Of a stretch of DNA of 64,000 bases, positions 1 through 12,689 are shown piece by piece. The notes under the pieces were generated by a model. That model was given only the letters and a program-made list of their open reading frames with translations. It was not told where the DNA came from and searched no databases. A program made the translations under genes and the position numbers. Positions within the stretch are counted from its first letter, which is position 1. The number at the start of each line of letters is the position of its first letter. Source of the DNA: Felis catus (taxonomy: Eukaryota); contig NC_058382.1 in NCBI RefSeq assembly GCF_018350175.1, forward strand, positions 41,106,001-41,170,000, in the 5' to 3' direction.

Positions 1-1104
1 TCTTGAAGATATATTGAAGAAGCTCTTAAACATACTGTTTAGGACCTAAACCTTTGGGCTTAAGATAATGAAACAAACAGAGAGGAGAAATTCTATTTGG
101 AAAAAGTGTTCTGAGACCCTGAGATTCATTCTAACATATAGAGGGTTGAAATCTTGTCAAAGTTTCTGGCTATGGGTCAAGATACAGAGACTCAATTAAC
201 TTCCAAATAACACCCAGAGTAATTTATCTAATTTCTAAGACATATCCAACAATACTGGCACTTATTGATAAGACTACCCTCCAATGCTAGTGAGGAACAC
301 TAGCAGCCAGATCAGCATTAAAAACCATGGGTGCAACAAGATGGGCATCATCAGCCACCAGAATCACATCTTCCACCTGAGATGTCAGGTGACCAACACC
401 ACTCTGAGCAGGGAGAGCAAAGCTAGAATGAATGGTAGCTAGAGGACATCTTTGAATTCGGCCTAATAGAGTGCCCCAGGATTCTGAGAATTCTTCCGGG
501 ACAGTGGACGGGACTTGAGATCCTTGAGACCCCTGAGATGGACGTCACACAAACTACCATTTGTAGCCCTGTTGTAAATCATAGACATATGCTTTATGCT
601 GCTGGGGTCTAGAAAAGGAAGGATCATATCTATGTCAGTGTTCCTTGCGAAGAATAACTAAAACAATATACTTTATGGAACATGAAGATATTTTGCACAA
701 GACCAGCATTTCAGAATAACCCCTGCAACCTCTGCTGCTTTCTGAGCCTAGGCTGATCTGGTCTAATCTTTCTGCATCTGACATTTTCCTTTGTTCTGTC
801 TTTTTTGTCTGCAGACTCAATATTAAAAAAAATGTTGTTTTAAAAAATGAAATGGATGGCTGACATCTAAAGGAAAGACTCCAGGGGTTTTCTTGCAAAG
901 GACGATAGAGGCCCAAGGATTGTTTTGAAAGCTCGGCTGCTTGGGCCCTTCAGGACACCAGTTGGGAAGGGGAGAGGTGATATAAACTGATTAGAATTCG
1001 GCAAGAGGAAAAAATTCCTGGCAGATAGTCAGATACATCCTATTTGTATAGACTTGGCTAAAAAGTACTGTTTCTCCAGTTTCATTCACATCTCCAATTT
1101 TGTT

Positions 1105-1131
1105 TTATTTATTATTATTATTATTATTACC

Positions 1132-1169
<38 letters not shown>

Positions 1170-1188
1170 CATCATCATCATCATTATT
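1105..1188. repeat. Compound (ATT)n(ATC)n microsatellite
   Basis: Directly visible ATT run, one interruption (acctt), a longer ATT run, then ATC units. Confidence 0.95.
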
Positions 1189-2069
1189 TGCTGCAGAGAG
1201 TTGAGCTGCAAAGACTTGCCTTGAGTAATAGTTATAAGCCTATAACAAGACACTCCTCCAGGTGACTTCTAGTGAGAAGAGCCTGTATAATTGTTCTATT
1301 GACAGTATTTTGAGAGATGTGACTCTGAAAAATAAACAAATCTAAAAATTATTGGGCATGATTGCTTGCCAATTAGATGTTAATTAGTTCTAAATGGGGC
1401 GATCAGCTTCCAAGGAAGTTTGCACATGCACAGTGCCATCTCCTTGGCTTTGTGCTCAGTATTGATTAAGGAGGGCGGAGCTCAACGCCCTTGAGTGAAG
1501 ACAGATTCAGGACTCTTGCAGCAGCAGTTGGGAATGAAGAGGCCCCAGTGGGAAGGGGAAAGGGAGGATTCTAGGAACCCATCGGTGAATCTGCAACATG
1601 TCCACAGGCGGCAAGGCTGGTGATGAGTGGAGGGGAAATAGGAATCCTGTGTTAAGTCCCAACTCATAAAAATGTGAACAGCAGTAGTTCTTTTTGTAAA
1701 ATAAATGAGGTGCCAGGGCTCTCATCTTAATAAATTATGAAATGCTTCCCTCTGTCCACCTCTCCTCATACCCTCCTTCCATTTTTTATTCCTGTTAACT
1801 TGCAAGCTTGTTTCTGCCAGAGGAATCAGGAGAGATGGGAATGTTAATTTGCAAAAGGCCACTCCGTGCACATTGTTTGTAAGCTCTGGTGTGTTGGTGA
1901 GCTGAACGGGTGTGCATAGCACAAGTAACCTTCTAGAGCCTGGTGGGCATCACCGGTGGGAATATTTCAGAGGCTTAATTCATCTCAGTAGCAGGTTTTT
2001 GTTGTTGTTGTTGTTTTTTACATTAATAATTGGAGTCACAAATCCTGACTTCTTTCTTTTCAATTTAAA

Positions 2070-2471
2070 CCAATCTACTGAGTATTAATTAGCTACTACT
2101 CTGTGTCAAGTAATAGTTGCTGCTAAAAGACAAGCAAATAAAGCAGACTGTGCTCTCAAGAAATGTAGTCTAAGACAGAAGACAAACATACAGACAGATA
2201 TTGTCAGACCAAGTGATAAGTATAGACCTGAAAGCATTGCTAGTCACAGAAAAGAGAAAAATTAACTATATATAGTGATGAGATTACTCAGGGAAGGCTT
2301 TTTTAAATGTTTAAATTTGGGGGCTTCTGGGTGGCTAAGTCAGTTGAGCATCCAGCTTCAGCCCAGGTCATGATCTCCCAGTTCATGGATTTGAGCCCTG
2401 CATCGGGCTCTGACAGCTCGGAGCCTAGAGCCTGCTTTGGATTCTGTGTCTCCCTCTCTCTGCCCCTCCCC

Positions 2472-2525
<54 letters not shown>

Positions 2526-2690
2526 AATAAATAGAACTTTAAAAATTTTTAAATGCTTAAATTTTGAGCTCATTTTTGAAGAAGCTAATAAAATGAGTTT
2601 AAGTTTTGAACAAGGAGAACGGTATGGCATTCTAGGAAGTGACAGCCACATTTGCAAGGCATGGTAGGAAATGTTTGGTGTTATAAAAAT
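2070..2690 (-). mobile_element. L2 LINE 3' fragment, interrupted by a Can-SINE
   Basis: Typical antisense L2 3'-end wording (ctactgagtatt...ctactactctgtgtcaag...gctctcaagaaatgtagtctaag...gggaaggctt) resumes after the SINE (tgagctcatttttgaag...ggcattctaggaag). Recognised from memory. Confidence 0.65.
2319..2545 (+). mobile_element. Can-SINE (SINEC_Fc-type) with (TC)22 tract
   Basis: GGGGGCTTCTGGGTGGCTAAGTCAGTT head, (TC)n 2479-2522, AAAAATAAATA tail; 19-bp TSD tttttaaatg(t/c)ttaaattt at 2300-2318 and 2546-2564 with 1 mismatch. Confidence 0.95.
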
Positions 2691-3018
2691 TTAAGTCATT
2701 TGGTATTGATGGAGCATACTAGTTGTGTGTAAGCAAGTGAGGAAGCACAGCTCCACAGAAAGCCAGCAGCCAGCAGTGTCTTCTCCAAAGAGAGAAGAAA
2801 CAGTGGTGGCATTTGGTGAACTGCATCCTCAGCTAGCAGGGGGTGCAGAAGCTCAACACAGCCTCCAGTTCCATCTCGGAGATTATCAAAGGCTAAGAAA
2901 CAAGGTGGGTAAAGAAATTGTCAAATGCCAGAACTTCTGTTACTTTCCCATGTATGTCAGTCCCTGTTTGTTTCCTTAAAACAGTCATCAGTGAAACCTT
3001 CAAAAGAATATGGGTCTT

Positions 3019-3239
3019 GGGGCACTTGGGTGGCTCAGACTTTAAGCGGCCAACTCTTGATTTCAGCTCAGGTCATGATCTCACGGTTGTGAGCCTTGCG
3101 GGAGGCTCCATGCGGAGTATGAAGCCTGCTTAAGATTCTCTCTCTCCCTCTCCTCCTGCCCCTCCTCCACTTGCTCTCTTTCTCTCAGTAAATAAATACA
3201 ATAAAAGTAAAGTAAAGTAAAGTAAAATAAAATAAAATA
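3019..3239 (+). mobile_element. Older Can-SINE with (TAAAG)n/(TAAAA)n tail
   Basis: GGGGCACTTGGGTGGCTCAG head, CT-rich linker, patterned A tail; TSD aaaagaatatgggtctt (3002-3018) vs aaaagaatatagatctc (3240-3256). Confidence 0.93.
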
Positions 3240-4444
3240 AAAAGAATATAGATCTCCAACCTTTTTTTTCTTCAAAAGAAGGAAAAAATAAAGGAATTGG
3301 GGAGAGACTACACAGATTGAGGTATAGATGTCCCTAGGGAAGAATGGGTCAGTGCAGCTACAGAAAACAGTCTGCAGGCAGGCTCTAATGGTGAAACTTT
3401 ATCAGAGAGAGAATAAAGGTTGGAGTGTAGGAAACATTTTATGAATCTGAGAAAAGGCCCGGTGTTGAGGGACTGAAGTGTTCTCAAGGAAGGGTATTTT
3501 CTCTCATATATAATTGGGCCAAAGCATGCCTCTTTTAGTTGGAAGAAGAGGTCTCCTACCCCCAGGAAAGGACATGAGGATGGACCCAGTATTCCATCTC
3601 AAGGTCTGGAAGCATTAATGGGCATGTGATTCTCTGCTCTTGGTGATAAACATTCCTGACTTGGGAATCTTAGATTGTGTGCATCTGTTCATTTTGATAG
3701 CTAGGAAAATTAGCCATTCTGGAAGCAAAGTAAAATATACAACTTATTTTTTGGAAGGCAAAGTGAATCTCTCAGAAATGGAAAAAAAGGAACACCAAAT
3801 ACAACACCAAAACATATACTCAGAATCGCTGGATTGGATCCTGGAGACAAGACACAGTGCAGAAGTCAAAATCTAAATGATGCTCAAGGAATTGAATCCT
3901 CTCCAGCATCTCCCTCAAAAATGGAGTCAATAGAGTATGGCAGGTTCATGTAGAGGATGGAGAGATGGAATGCTTTGTCTGCAAATGGAGATAACAATAC
4001 TGTATCACATGGGAATCTATTTACTGAAAATGTCTTCCTTCTCAAATACCTGACATCCAGTAACTTCTCCATATGTATACCCTCTGAGTAACAGCTGAAC
4101 AATGTACAATGGCTAATGGGCTCCCTAGGGGTGTGAGATGGGAGTATCAGATTCATGAAATCGGTCTCTACTTAAACTCACAGTGTTGGAACTAATTATT
4201 TGATTTCAGTAACATGTTGTGGAGGTGTGGGATGTTGGATGTATGTTTAATGGTGACTACTTGTAGGAGATGGTACAAAGGACCCAATATGGAGATCCAG
4301 ATTCTTATCTCTTCTTCACATTAACATCGACATGTAGGCACATTACTAGACTGATAGATGAAGAAACAGGTTGAGCAATTTGTTCAAGTTCCCACTGCTG
4401 CTAAGTGGGAAAGGAAAAATAATAATCAGTACTATGTCTTCTCA

Positions 4445-5680
4445 AAAATCATGCTCTTTTCAACAAACGGTGCTGGGGCAACTGGATATCCATATGCAAA
4501 AGAATCAAGTGAGACCCCTGCTTCACACCATGCACAAAAGTTAACCTAAAATGGATCATAGCTTTAATGTAAGAGCTAAAAGTATAAACATCTTAGAAGA
4601 AAACATAAAAGTTTCATTACCTTGAGTTTAGCCATGGTTTCCTAGATATGATACTAAAACACAAGTGACAAAAGAATAAAAAGTAAATAAATAGGATGAC
4701 ATCAAAGTAAATATTTTTTTTTGTACTGCAAAAGATACCATTGAGTGAAAAGACAACTATGACTCAATAATAAAAAGACAGCCCAATGAAAAGTTGGACA
4801 AAGGATTTGAATAGACATTTGTCCAAAAAGGTATATAAGTGACAAGCAAGCACATGAAAAGATGTTCCACATTCTTATTTATGAGGGAAATGGAAATCAA
4901 AATCACACTGAAACACCATTTTAGACCACTAGGATAGCTAAAACCATAAGGATAAACAGTAATAAGTTGGCAAAAATGTGGAAAAATTAGAACCCTCATA
5001 AAATCTTGGTGGGAATGCAAAATGGTGCAGTCACTTTGGGAAATAGTTTGAAAGTTCCTCAAAGTACCAAACATAGAGTTGCCATATGACCCAGCAATTC
5101 CACTCTTAGGTGTATACCTAAAAGAACTGAGAACATATATCCGTACAATATAAGTAAAACCTTATGCATAGAGCAGTGTTATTTATAATTGTCAAAAAGT
5201 GTAAATAACTCCAATGTCTATCAATGGATGATGAAATAAATAAAATGTGGTATATCCATACAATGGACTATTATTTGACAATAAAAAGTAATGGAATACT
5301 GACACATGTGACAACAAGGATTAATCTTAAAAACATCCTAAGACCCCGTCACAGAATACCAAACATTGCATGATCCCATTTATCTGAAGTGTCTAGAATA
5401 GGCTACTCAATAGAGACAGAAAGTAGACTAGTGCTTGTCTAGCAATGGGGATTAGGAGCAGAATGGGGAGTACTGCTAATGGGTATGGGGTTTCCTTTCA
5501 GAGAATACAAATGCTTTAAGATTAGATTGTGGTCATTCACAGGGTTGCACAACCCTTTGAATTTACTAAGAACATTAAATTTTATACTTTAAATGGTTCA
5601 TGTATGACAAGCGAATTATACTTCAATAAAACTGTTTAAAAGTATAAGTAAGCAAAAATAAGCAAATAATAAAAAAAGGA
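4445..5680 (+). mobile_element. 5'-truncated L1MB-type LINE-1 (ORF2 C-terminus + 3'UTR), decayed
   Basis: Translates to [46 protein letters not shown] and ELPYDPAIPLLGVY (L1 ORF2 C-terminal motifs with stops and frameshifts); L1MB-like 3'UTR (tactgctaatgggtatggggtttcc...tcaataaaactgtt) and A-rich tail. Confidence 0.9.
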
Positions 5681-5724
5681 AAACAAACACATAACACTCA
5701 TGCTGTTTTGCTCTCTAGCATTTA

Positions 5725-5950
5725 AACAGTACAGTGTGCTCCTGGAGGTGCTCAGGATTCACACAACCTAGATCTTAGTTCTATCACTCATTATTTCTGT
5801 GGCTTTTGGAAGTTCATCTCTCTGCAAGCCTCAGTTTTTTTTTCATCTGTAAAGTATAAATAGCAGTGACCATCTCATGAGATTGTCATGAGGATTACAT
5901 GAGATATTGTATGTTAAGATGCTTAACACAGTGCCTGATATGCCTAAGTT
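5725..5950 (+). mobile_element. MIR SINE
   Basis: Core gcctcagtttttttttcatctgtaaag...gaggattacatgagatattgtatgttaagatgcttaacacagtgcctga. Confidence 0.8.
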
Positions 5951-6131
5951 CTTTGTTACTTTTTTTCCTGCATTCTTCTTCCATTTTGCAAAAGAGATCC
6001 AGGCTTAGTCACTAGGTCCATTTTCTAACACCTACCAACAAGGCTCCTACCTAAACGGCAGCCCGGGTGTTTTATGACTGTTTATTGGTACTTTGTGTTG
6101 GCACAAGTGTGACCCTCGGTGAAACAGCTGA

Positions 6132-6290
6132 AAATAGTGGGAAGAGCATGGACCTACTCAGGATACAAATAGGTTCAAGATCTGATTCTACCCTGATAGC
6201 CCATCAACTGATCTCTTCAAGCTTCAGTTTTATTAGTTGATAAATGACTCAATAGTGTCTGCCTGGACAGGTTTTTGTGAAGGTTAAATG
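6132..6290 (+). mobile_element. MIR SINE
   Basis: atagtgggaagagcatggac...aggttcaag...gcttcagtttt...tttttgtgaaggttaaatg. Confidence 0.65.
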
Positions 6291-6765
6291 TCATGACCTG
6301 TGGTAATGCAGAGAACACCAAGCACAGTACTTGTCACTGAACAGATGCTCAAGCGATATGAGCTCCCTTCTCTTCCCTTTGCTTTCTTGCATTCAGCCTC
6401 AATAAAATGAAATGATCTAATAAGAGAACAAGGATGCACTTGATATGAAGGAGTGAAAAACCCACCTTGGCTGATGGTTTTCTCTGCCAAAAAAGATCTT
6501 ACCTGGAGCTTCCTAAATGACTCCAATTAAGAGGTATTTTTGAAGGCACACACATGTATGCTGTTTTTATTCCCTTTCTCTTCAGTGATCAGGTTAGAGA
6601 GAAAGAAATAGACAGACTACTTCAATTTCACATAGAATTTCATGAAAAATTTAAAACTCTAACCACTCCTGCTCCCCAAATTGGCATTTATTAGAGTTAT
6701 GAAGAGAGTTTGCAAGCAAGAACTACATCAAAAAATATGCACAGGGCTCTTGGAGAGTTACTTTC

Positions 6766-7025
6766 NNNNNNNNNNNNNNNNNNNNNNNNNNNNNNNNNNN
6801 NNNNNNNNNNNNNNNNNNNNNNNNNNNNNNNNNNNNNNNNNNNNNNNNNNNNNNNNNNNNNNNNNNNNNNNNNNNNNNNNNNNNNNNNNNNNNNNNNNNN
6901 NNNNNNNNNNNNNNNNNNNNNNNNNNNNNNNNNNNNNNNNNNNNNNNNNNNNNNNNNNNNNNNNNNNNNNNNNNNNNNNNNNNNNNNNNNNNNNNNNNNN
7001 NNNNNNNNNNNNNNNNNNNNNNNNN
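6766..7025. other. Assembly gap (260 N)
   Basis: N run. Confidence 1.
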
Positions 7026-7844
7026 GGAGGAATTTCTATTGCAAACCCTTAGTGGAAGAAGGGGGAGTAGTAAGATTTGTAATATTCTCCTTAATCATGT
7101 GATTTGCACAACACTGGTACAGTTATAATCTAAATAAAGTTCCTGGAGCCATCAGGGCATTATGCTGTAGCTGCTTCATTTAATCTAATGGTCCACATTT
7201 AGGTAATTTCCATGCATTTTAATCTATTTAATGATCACCTTTCTTGGGTGATTTACAGCAGCTGGATGTCTGGGGCTCTGGTACCCAGGAGCCATGCACT
7301 GCACAATAGACTGGGAGAAAGTACTACTGGAAAATGCATGTTTTGTGTAGATCTGCCTTCACTAAACACCACGATAATATTTGCTGAGGATGTCTCTCTG
7401 CCTCTCAAGATTTGGCAATGGGCATTATATAGACACCCAAAGGACAGAGTTGGCTGTAGGTTACTTTGCCCAATAATATAGAATATATTGAAATACTGGA
7501 CCTTTTAGTGGAACAGATGGACAAGTACTTACTGATCATTTCCCTAGAACTCGGTCTCCTAGGATGTCTTATGGAAGATGATTATGTATAGTAGCTCCCA
7601 CACTGTACCAGACTTGGGGTGTGCTGTATTTGCTTATTCAAGACTCAGAGAAGTCCATCCAAAGGAGGATATATTTTTATTTGTTTGTATAATCAGTGGT
7701 TCCCAAACTGAGCTACTCATAGAAATTATTGTACCTTGTTACCCCTTTTAACATCATGCAGAACATACTTCAGGAGAGAGAACCTCAGTCTATACTCAAT
7801 ATCCATTTTTCTTGGGAAAAATAAAACATAAATTTGCAGACAGA

Positions 7845-8000
7845 AACATCTGGGCTTTCATCTGGCATGTACAAGCACTGAGATCTCACATCATAAGCTG
7901 TTTCAGCAATCAGAGCCTTTTGAAAAGTGAGGATGATAACAGCTACCTTGTAGGAGAACTGTGGATTTTAAGTGGGAAGGTATATGGAAAATGATTAGAG
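7845..8000 (+). mobile_element. Degenerate MIR
   Basis: tgaaaagtgaggatgataacagctaccttgtaggagaactgtggattttaagtggg resembles the MIR core. Confidence 0.55.
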
Positions 8001-8199
8001 AAGAATCCAGCGCATAGTAGGCCATAGTAGCTCCTTTCTTCTCTTCACTGTAGGTCTTGTAGTCTCTAAGAAGCTGAAATACAACCATTGGTTCCTGTTT
8101 TGTAGCATCTTAGAATTTTTTTCAAATGAAAGTATGGTCTTTGTTTTAAATGACCCTCTGCACAGATATTTCAGGAAACCAATAATGGAGATTTTACCT

Positions 8200-8370
8200 T
8201 ACATGAGCACTTACTACATGTTAAATATTGCACATTGTCATACATCATTTAATCTTTGGAGCACTCCCATGAAGGGAGCATTTCAAATGAGAAAACTAAG
8301 TCTGCTGGATGATTGTGACTGTCTGAAATCAATCAGTGCTGGAGAAGAGGGAAATAAACCCAGTATTATC
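8200..8370 (-). mobile_element. MIR SINE
   Basis: atgagcacttactacatgtt...catttaatctt...ttcaaatgagaaaactaag...aataaacccag (antisense MIR). Confidence 0.65.
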
Positions 8371-9189
8371 TCATTCAAAAGAACTTGTTATTGATAACCA
8401 CTAGATTGTTAGTTATCACAAAGAACTTGTTCTTTCTCTTGCCATTAGGGAATCAATGACCAGTCATGAGGGTCTTGAAGAGAGAGAAGTAGGAAAGAAG
8501 ACAAGTAGGTAGATAATTAAAAGGCACAATTCACAGAGCCAGAATGTGAATGAGACTCGGGATGGTTGGGCTGTGTTTGACAGCCAGAGAGGCCCTCAGG
8601 TGGTTCTGTTATGTCATTGGCAGAATTCTGCAAAATATTGTGAATTTGTCAGAGCCTGGCAGATGACATGCCTCATTAGCCCATGTAAAGTTCAAAGTGA
8701 TTAATATAGATTAAAATACTGTTCCATTTGCCAAGATTTTGTCTATCAAGTATATACAAGAAATGGTAGAGATTCCCCTAGACTTCCATCCCAATGACCT
8801 CAAATGGCCTTGTCATTTCTCTAGGAGTTTGTGGGCCATAGTTTAGACTTCTGGGAAGCACTATCAGTAAAGGCAAGAGAGTTACAAGAGCTTAATTAAC
8901 TCTGAAGCTGTTGAAGGTGATGAGGACATAATGTTTTGGTGGCATAAGTTTGAAATTGAGAATGATTTTGAGTAGATAAAGAAAATCCTTTCAGGACCCT
9001 GAGTTCAAATAATTTTGAAAAGTGATGAAGTAGTTATCTTTGAATATTTAGAGTTGTGTCTTATTAAATGGGCAAGAAATTTATACTTCTGAACATCTTT
9101 ATCCATGTGTGTAACAGTTAGGAAACAATCTGGAGAACTTCTTTGCACAAATATAACTATGTTTATTTTATTTATTTAATTAATTAACT

Positions 9190-9780
9190 TATGTTCATTA
9201 AAGTTTTATCTGTCATGTACTTAATAATGCATGGAACTGGGATGGGAAAGGAGATATTGAGATGAAGGAGACCTGGACTTCTATGATCTAGAGCTCACTG
9301 AAAGAAAGAGATGAGCTCTAAGTATAGACTATTTGTGTTGGGAGACTAGAGAGGGCAAGAATGAATTTTCATAGAGGAAGACACTTTTGATTAAAAGAGT
9401 ATTTCCTAAAGGAGGGGATATTTAAGTTAAATGTTGAGGAAGGGTGGGGTTTTGACTGGGAGATGGTGGGCAAAAAGAACCCAAAGCAGAGGGAGCCTTG
9501 ACAGCGAAGCCAAGAAGGTGTGAGGTAGCTTGATGTGCTCCTTGAAGTATAGCCAGCTTGGGATGCTCAAAGCCATACTCCAGATGGGCGCATAATGTGA
9601 GCTGAAACTGCTGGGTGAGGAGGGACCTGGTCCTCGAAGGCTTTGATGGCCATGTCTAGAACTTCAGACATTATCCAAGTGAGGACCAGAAAGCCACAGA
9701 ACAACTTCAGCAAGCCAAGAAGGAATGCACAGTACACAGAAAACCACCTCAGTATCTCTATGGGGAAGCCTCTGTGATTA
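9190..9780 (-). mobile_element. L2 LINE fragment
   Basis: Purine-rich antisense L2 wording (tttcctaaaggaggggatatttaagttaaatgttgagg; gaaggctttgatggccatgtctagaacttcagacattatcc). Confidence 0.6.
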
Positions 9781-11119
9781 AGTAAACCATCTCATGAGGT
9801 TGATAGACATCACAGAATTGTCACAAAGGTTCCCTCAGGCATCCAGATAGATATGCAGCCATCCTCGCTGAAAACCTGTCCTGTAGGAAGGGCTTAGTCC
9901 ATCCATTCAGTAAGGGACAAAATCCTCCTGTGTAAGCTTCGCTCAACATCTCACGTCCTTTAGTAGAGTTTTGAATCCCACTGCATAAAATAGCATGGTT
10001 TAGGCAAACTTTGATTTCTTCATATTTTACATGGTATATTTTATATAGGCAGAAGTTAAAGATTAAAAGAAGCATCAAAGATAATTTAATTTGTTCTTTC
10101 AGCTGATGCTTGAATCACTCTTGTCACAGGTTGTTCAGGCTCGAATATGTATAGTGATAAGGAACTGACTATTGGACCCAGTAAAAGAACTAATCAGGCC
10201 AGTGGGGACAAAGGGAAGACTGGAACAGAGCAGGGGGCAAGTGGGTATTCAGCTTTTAGGTGGCTGGGTGCAGGGCAAGTATGCCCAGGTAGTGAGTGAC
10301 TATTGCACTTGGAGCTTGGGAAACTTGTGGAAATCTCAGTGTATCAGGGAGGGTTGTGTCTACACCACAGGAGCCACATTCTGAGAAGTCAGCGTCCACA
10401 TCCCTGGGATTCAGGTGCAGAACCTGGAAAGTAATGAAGTCAGATTAAGTATTAGGACAAATAGGCTGGTTGAATCAAGATATCTGAAGGTCCAGACTGA
10501 GAGTGGAGGACTATGGCTGCATGTTGATGGCAGGTGGAGATCGCAAGCACAGGATTGGTTTAGCCTAAGAGAAAGACCATCAAGTGTGAGAATCTGCAAG
10601 CCTGGTTTATGACAGAAGTCTGTAGAGTGAAGGTGTAAGACTTAAAGAAGCAGGTGAGCCTAGACAGAGCTTAGAGGAATCCAGCACAGGAAGGAGTATT
10701 TGGGACCAGGTAGAACTTCATTCCCGTTTTCATATGTGGCTGATTGTGATGAGTGGCCGATTGTGCAATGCTGTGTGCCAGGTACTGCTGCCACAGCAGT
10801 GAGCAGGACCAGGCTTCACGTCCACGAGCTTGGGAAGGGGGGTACCTTGCCTACTAATAGCACCTATGGATGATATTGGCAACATGCAGTCTTGGTTTCA
10901 CTTTAACCCCCCTGGGGAATTCTTTCAATGTGGAGGGTCCTCTCATTTCCTGCTGCTGCTTCACTTTTGAACGTATTATATATGCTGGGCAAAACTAAGT
11001 TGTCTGACAACACGAAGAAATGGCATTTTAGCGGGGGTGGGCAGGTAGGCTTATGTGCGCTGCAGCGAGGGTAAGGGGCAAAGGATGTCCTTGAACTGAT
11101 CTTTGTAGGAAATTGCAGA

Positions 11120-11291
11120 NNNNNNNNNNNNNNNNNNNNNNNNNNNNNNNNNNNNNNNNNNNNNNNNNNNNNNNNNNNNNNNNNNNNNNNNNNNNNNNNN
11201 NNNNNNNNNNNNNNNNNNNNNNNNNNNNNNNNNNNNNNNNNNNNNNNNNNNNNNNNNNNNNNNNNNNNNNNNNNNNNNNNNNNNNNNNNNN
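11120..11291. other. Assembly gap (172 N)
   Basis: N run. Confidence 1.
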
Positions 11292-11744
11292 TGAGGTCGT
11301 GGACATGCATATTTTTCAGGCTTAATGCCCTGATGTAGCAATTATAAAAATCTGGTAATTGGGCAGTTACTTTGTCAAGATACCTGACTGGTTAAATCAA
11401 TTTGGCAGGTGAGGGTCTGTGAGCTTGGTGTTGAGCATTAACTCATTAAATAAGATTTTTTAAGGCATATTTAACACAGGAACACCAGATTCTTGTGTCG
11501 CTTATAGGAAAACTTCATGAAAGAAAACCTCAGAGAAAACCAAGATTAATTTAAATCAACTTAAATTCTCTCTCTCTTCCCCCTCCTCTCCCCACCTCCA
11601 CCCCCCACACGCACAATACATGAACACACACACTATTAGGAGAACTATTTTAGCTTTACTGGAATAGCTAGTCATTGAAATCAGGACCACGATGAAACAC
11701 AAAGTGTAATAGCTTATTTGTAGGTAGAAGGAATCTAAAGAGAC

Positions 11745-12670
11745 AATGAATATCCAGCTGTAGGTATCCACTTGAATAGTGAGCACTTTACCCTCAACAC
11801 CTCTCAAACTAAGCCCACATTCTCCTAACACAACTCTTGTCACTTCATGTTTTCCCAAACTTGTAAATAGTACTAACATCCACATAGCAGATCAGAGATC
11901 TGGGTATCATCCTTTATACCTTTCCCTTTCTCCTCTCTTTTCAAAGCAATGTCTATGTTCTGTACAGTCCAGTTCCTGACATGGACTTCTGAGTCTGTCT
12001 ATACCTGTCACCACTCATGACCAAGGTACCATTATCACTCAATCAGACTGTCGCTACAATTATCAGCTACTGCGTTTCCTTCTTGTTCTCCCTTATTTTC
12101 AAATCCTCACACTATAGCTGCCCAATGAGCCTTTTTAAATGTAAACTTGATCATGTCCCCCACCTGGCCCTATTGCTTAAAAACACTTAGTAACTTCCCA
12201 TTACTCTTAAGAAAACAACCAAAATACTTAATGGACCTACATATCCCTTCATAATAAGACACTAACTTATCTCTAGACTTAGTGAGGCCTCTCTTTTCTT
12301 CCTACCTGCATTAGTACCCATTCTCCCTGTAAATCCTTTGATTTCCGTGGTCCTCTGTCTTTAAGGCTGCCCCACGTGTCTTTCCCATTGCATGGAATGC
12401 TCCTATTCATTCCTTAAAGTTCAAAGTGATTTCTGTATACTTAGAAATCAAAATTATGTCTATAAGAAGTTTTCCCAGAAGCCCTAGTCTAAAGCAAGCT
12501 CCTATTATAAGCCTCCTTTTATCATTTTTGTTGAAATTATTTAATGACTGTTTACCATGCTATGACTGTAAGTTCCATTCATTCAAGAAAAGATGTGTCC
12601 TCTTAACCAGTGCATCCTCAGAGCCTGAAGCAACATCTCAAACTGAGTACTGAAAAGGCATTTGTAAATT
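11745..12670 (+). mobile_element. L2a-type LINE 3' portion (~0.9 kb)
   Basis: atccagctgtaggtatccacttgaat...tttttaaatgtaaacttgatcatgtccc...gcatggaatgctc...gactgtaagttcc...tgcatcctcagagcctgaag...gcatttgtaaattg, the classic L2 3' end. Confidence 0.8.
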
Positions 12671-12689
12671 GGGCCAATGAATTCTTTGT

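Noticed and set aside
300-610. Protein-like reading frames or possible ERV internal fragment
   Set aside because: Frames contain stops and match nothing I recognise.
4757-5074. 105-aa antisense ORF
   Set aside because: It is the reverse strand of the L1 ORF2 remnant, a common artefact in mammalian ORF tracks.
7690-7810. Possible MER5-type MITE (cagtggttcccaaact)
   Set aside because: Only one TIR-like end is recognisable.
10100-10700. Possible old LTR
   Set aside because: LTR-like feel, but I could not identify termini, a TSD or a family.
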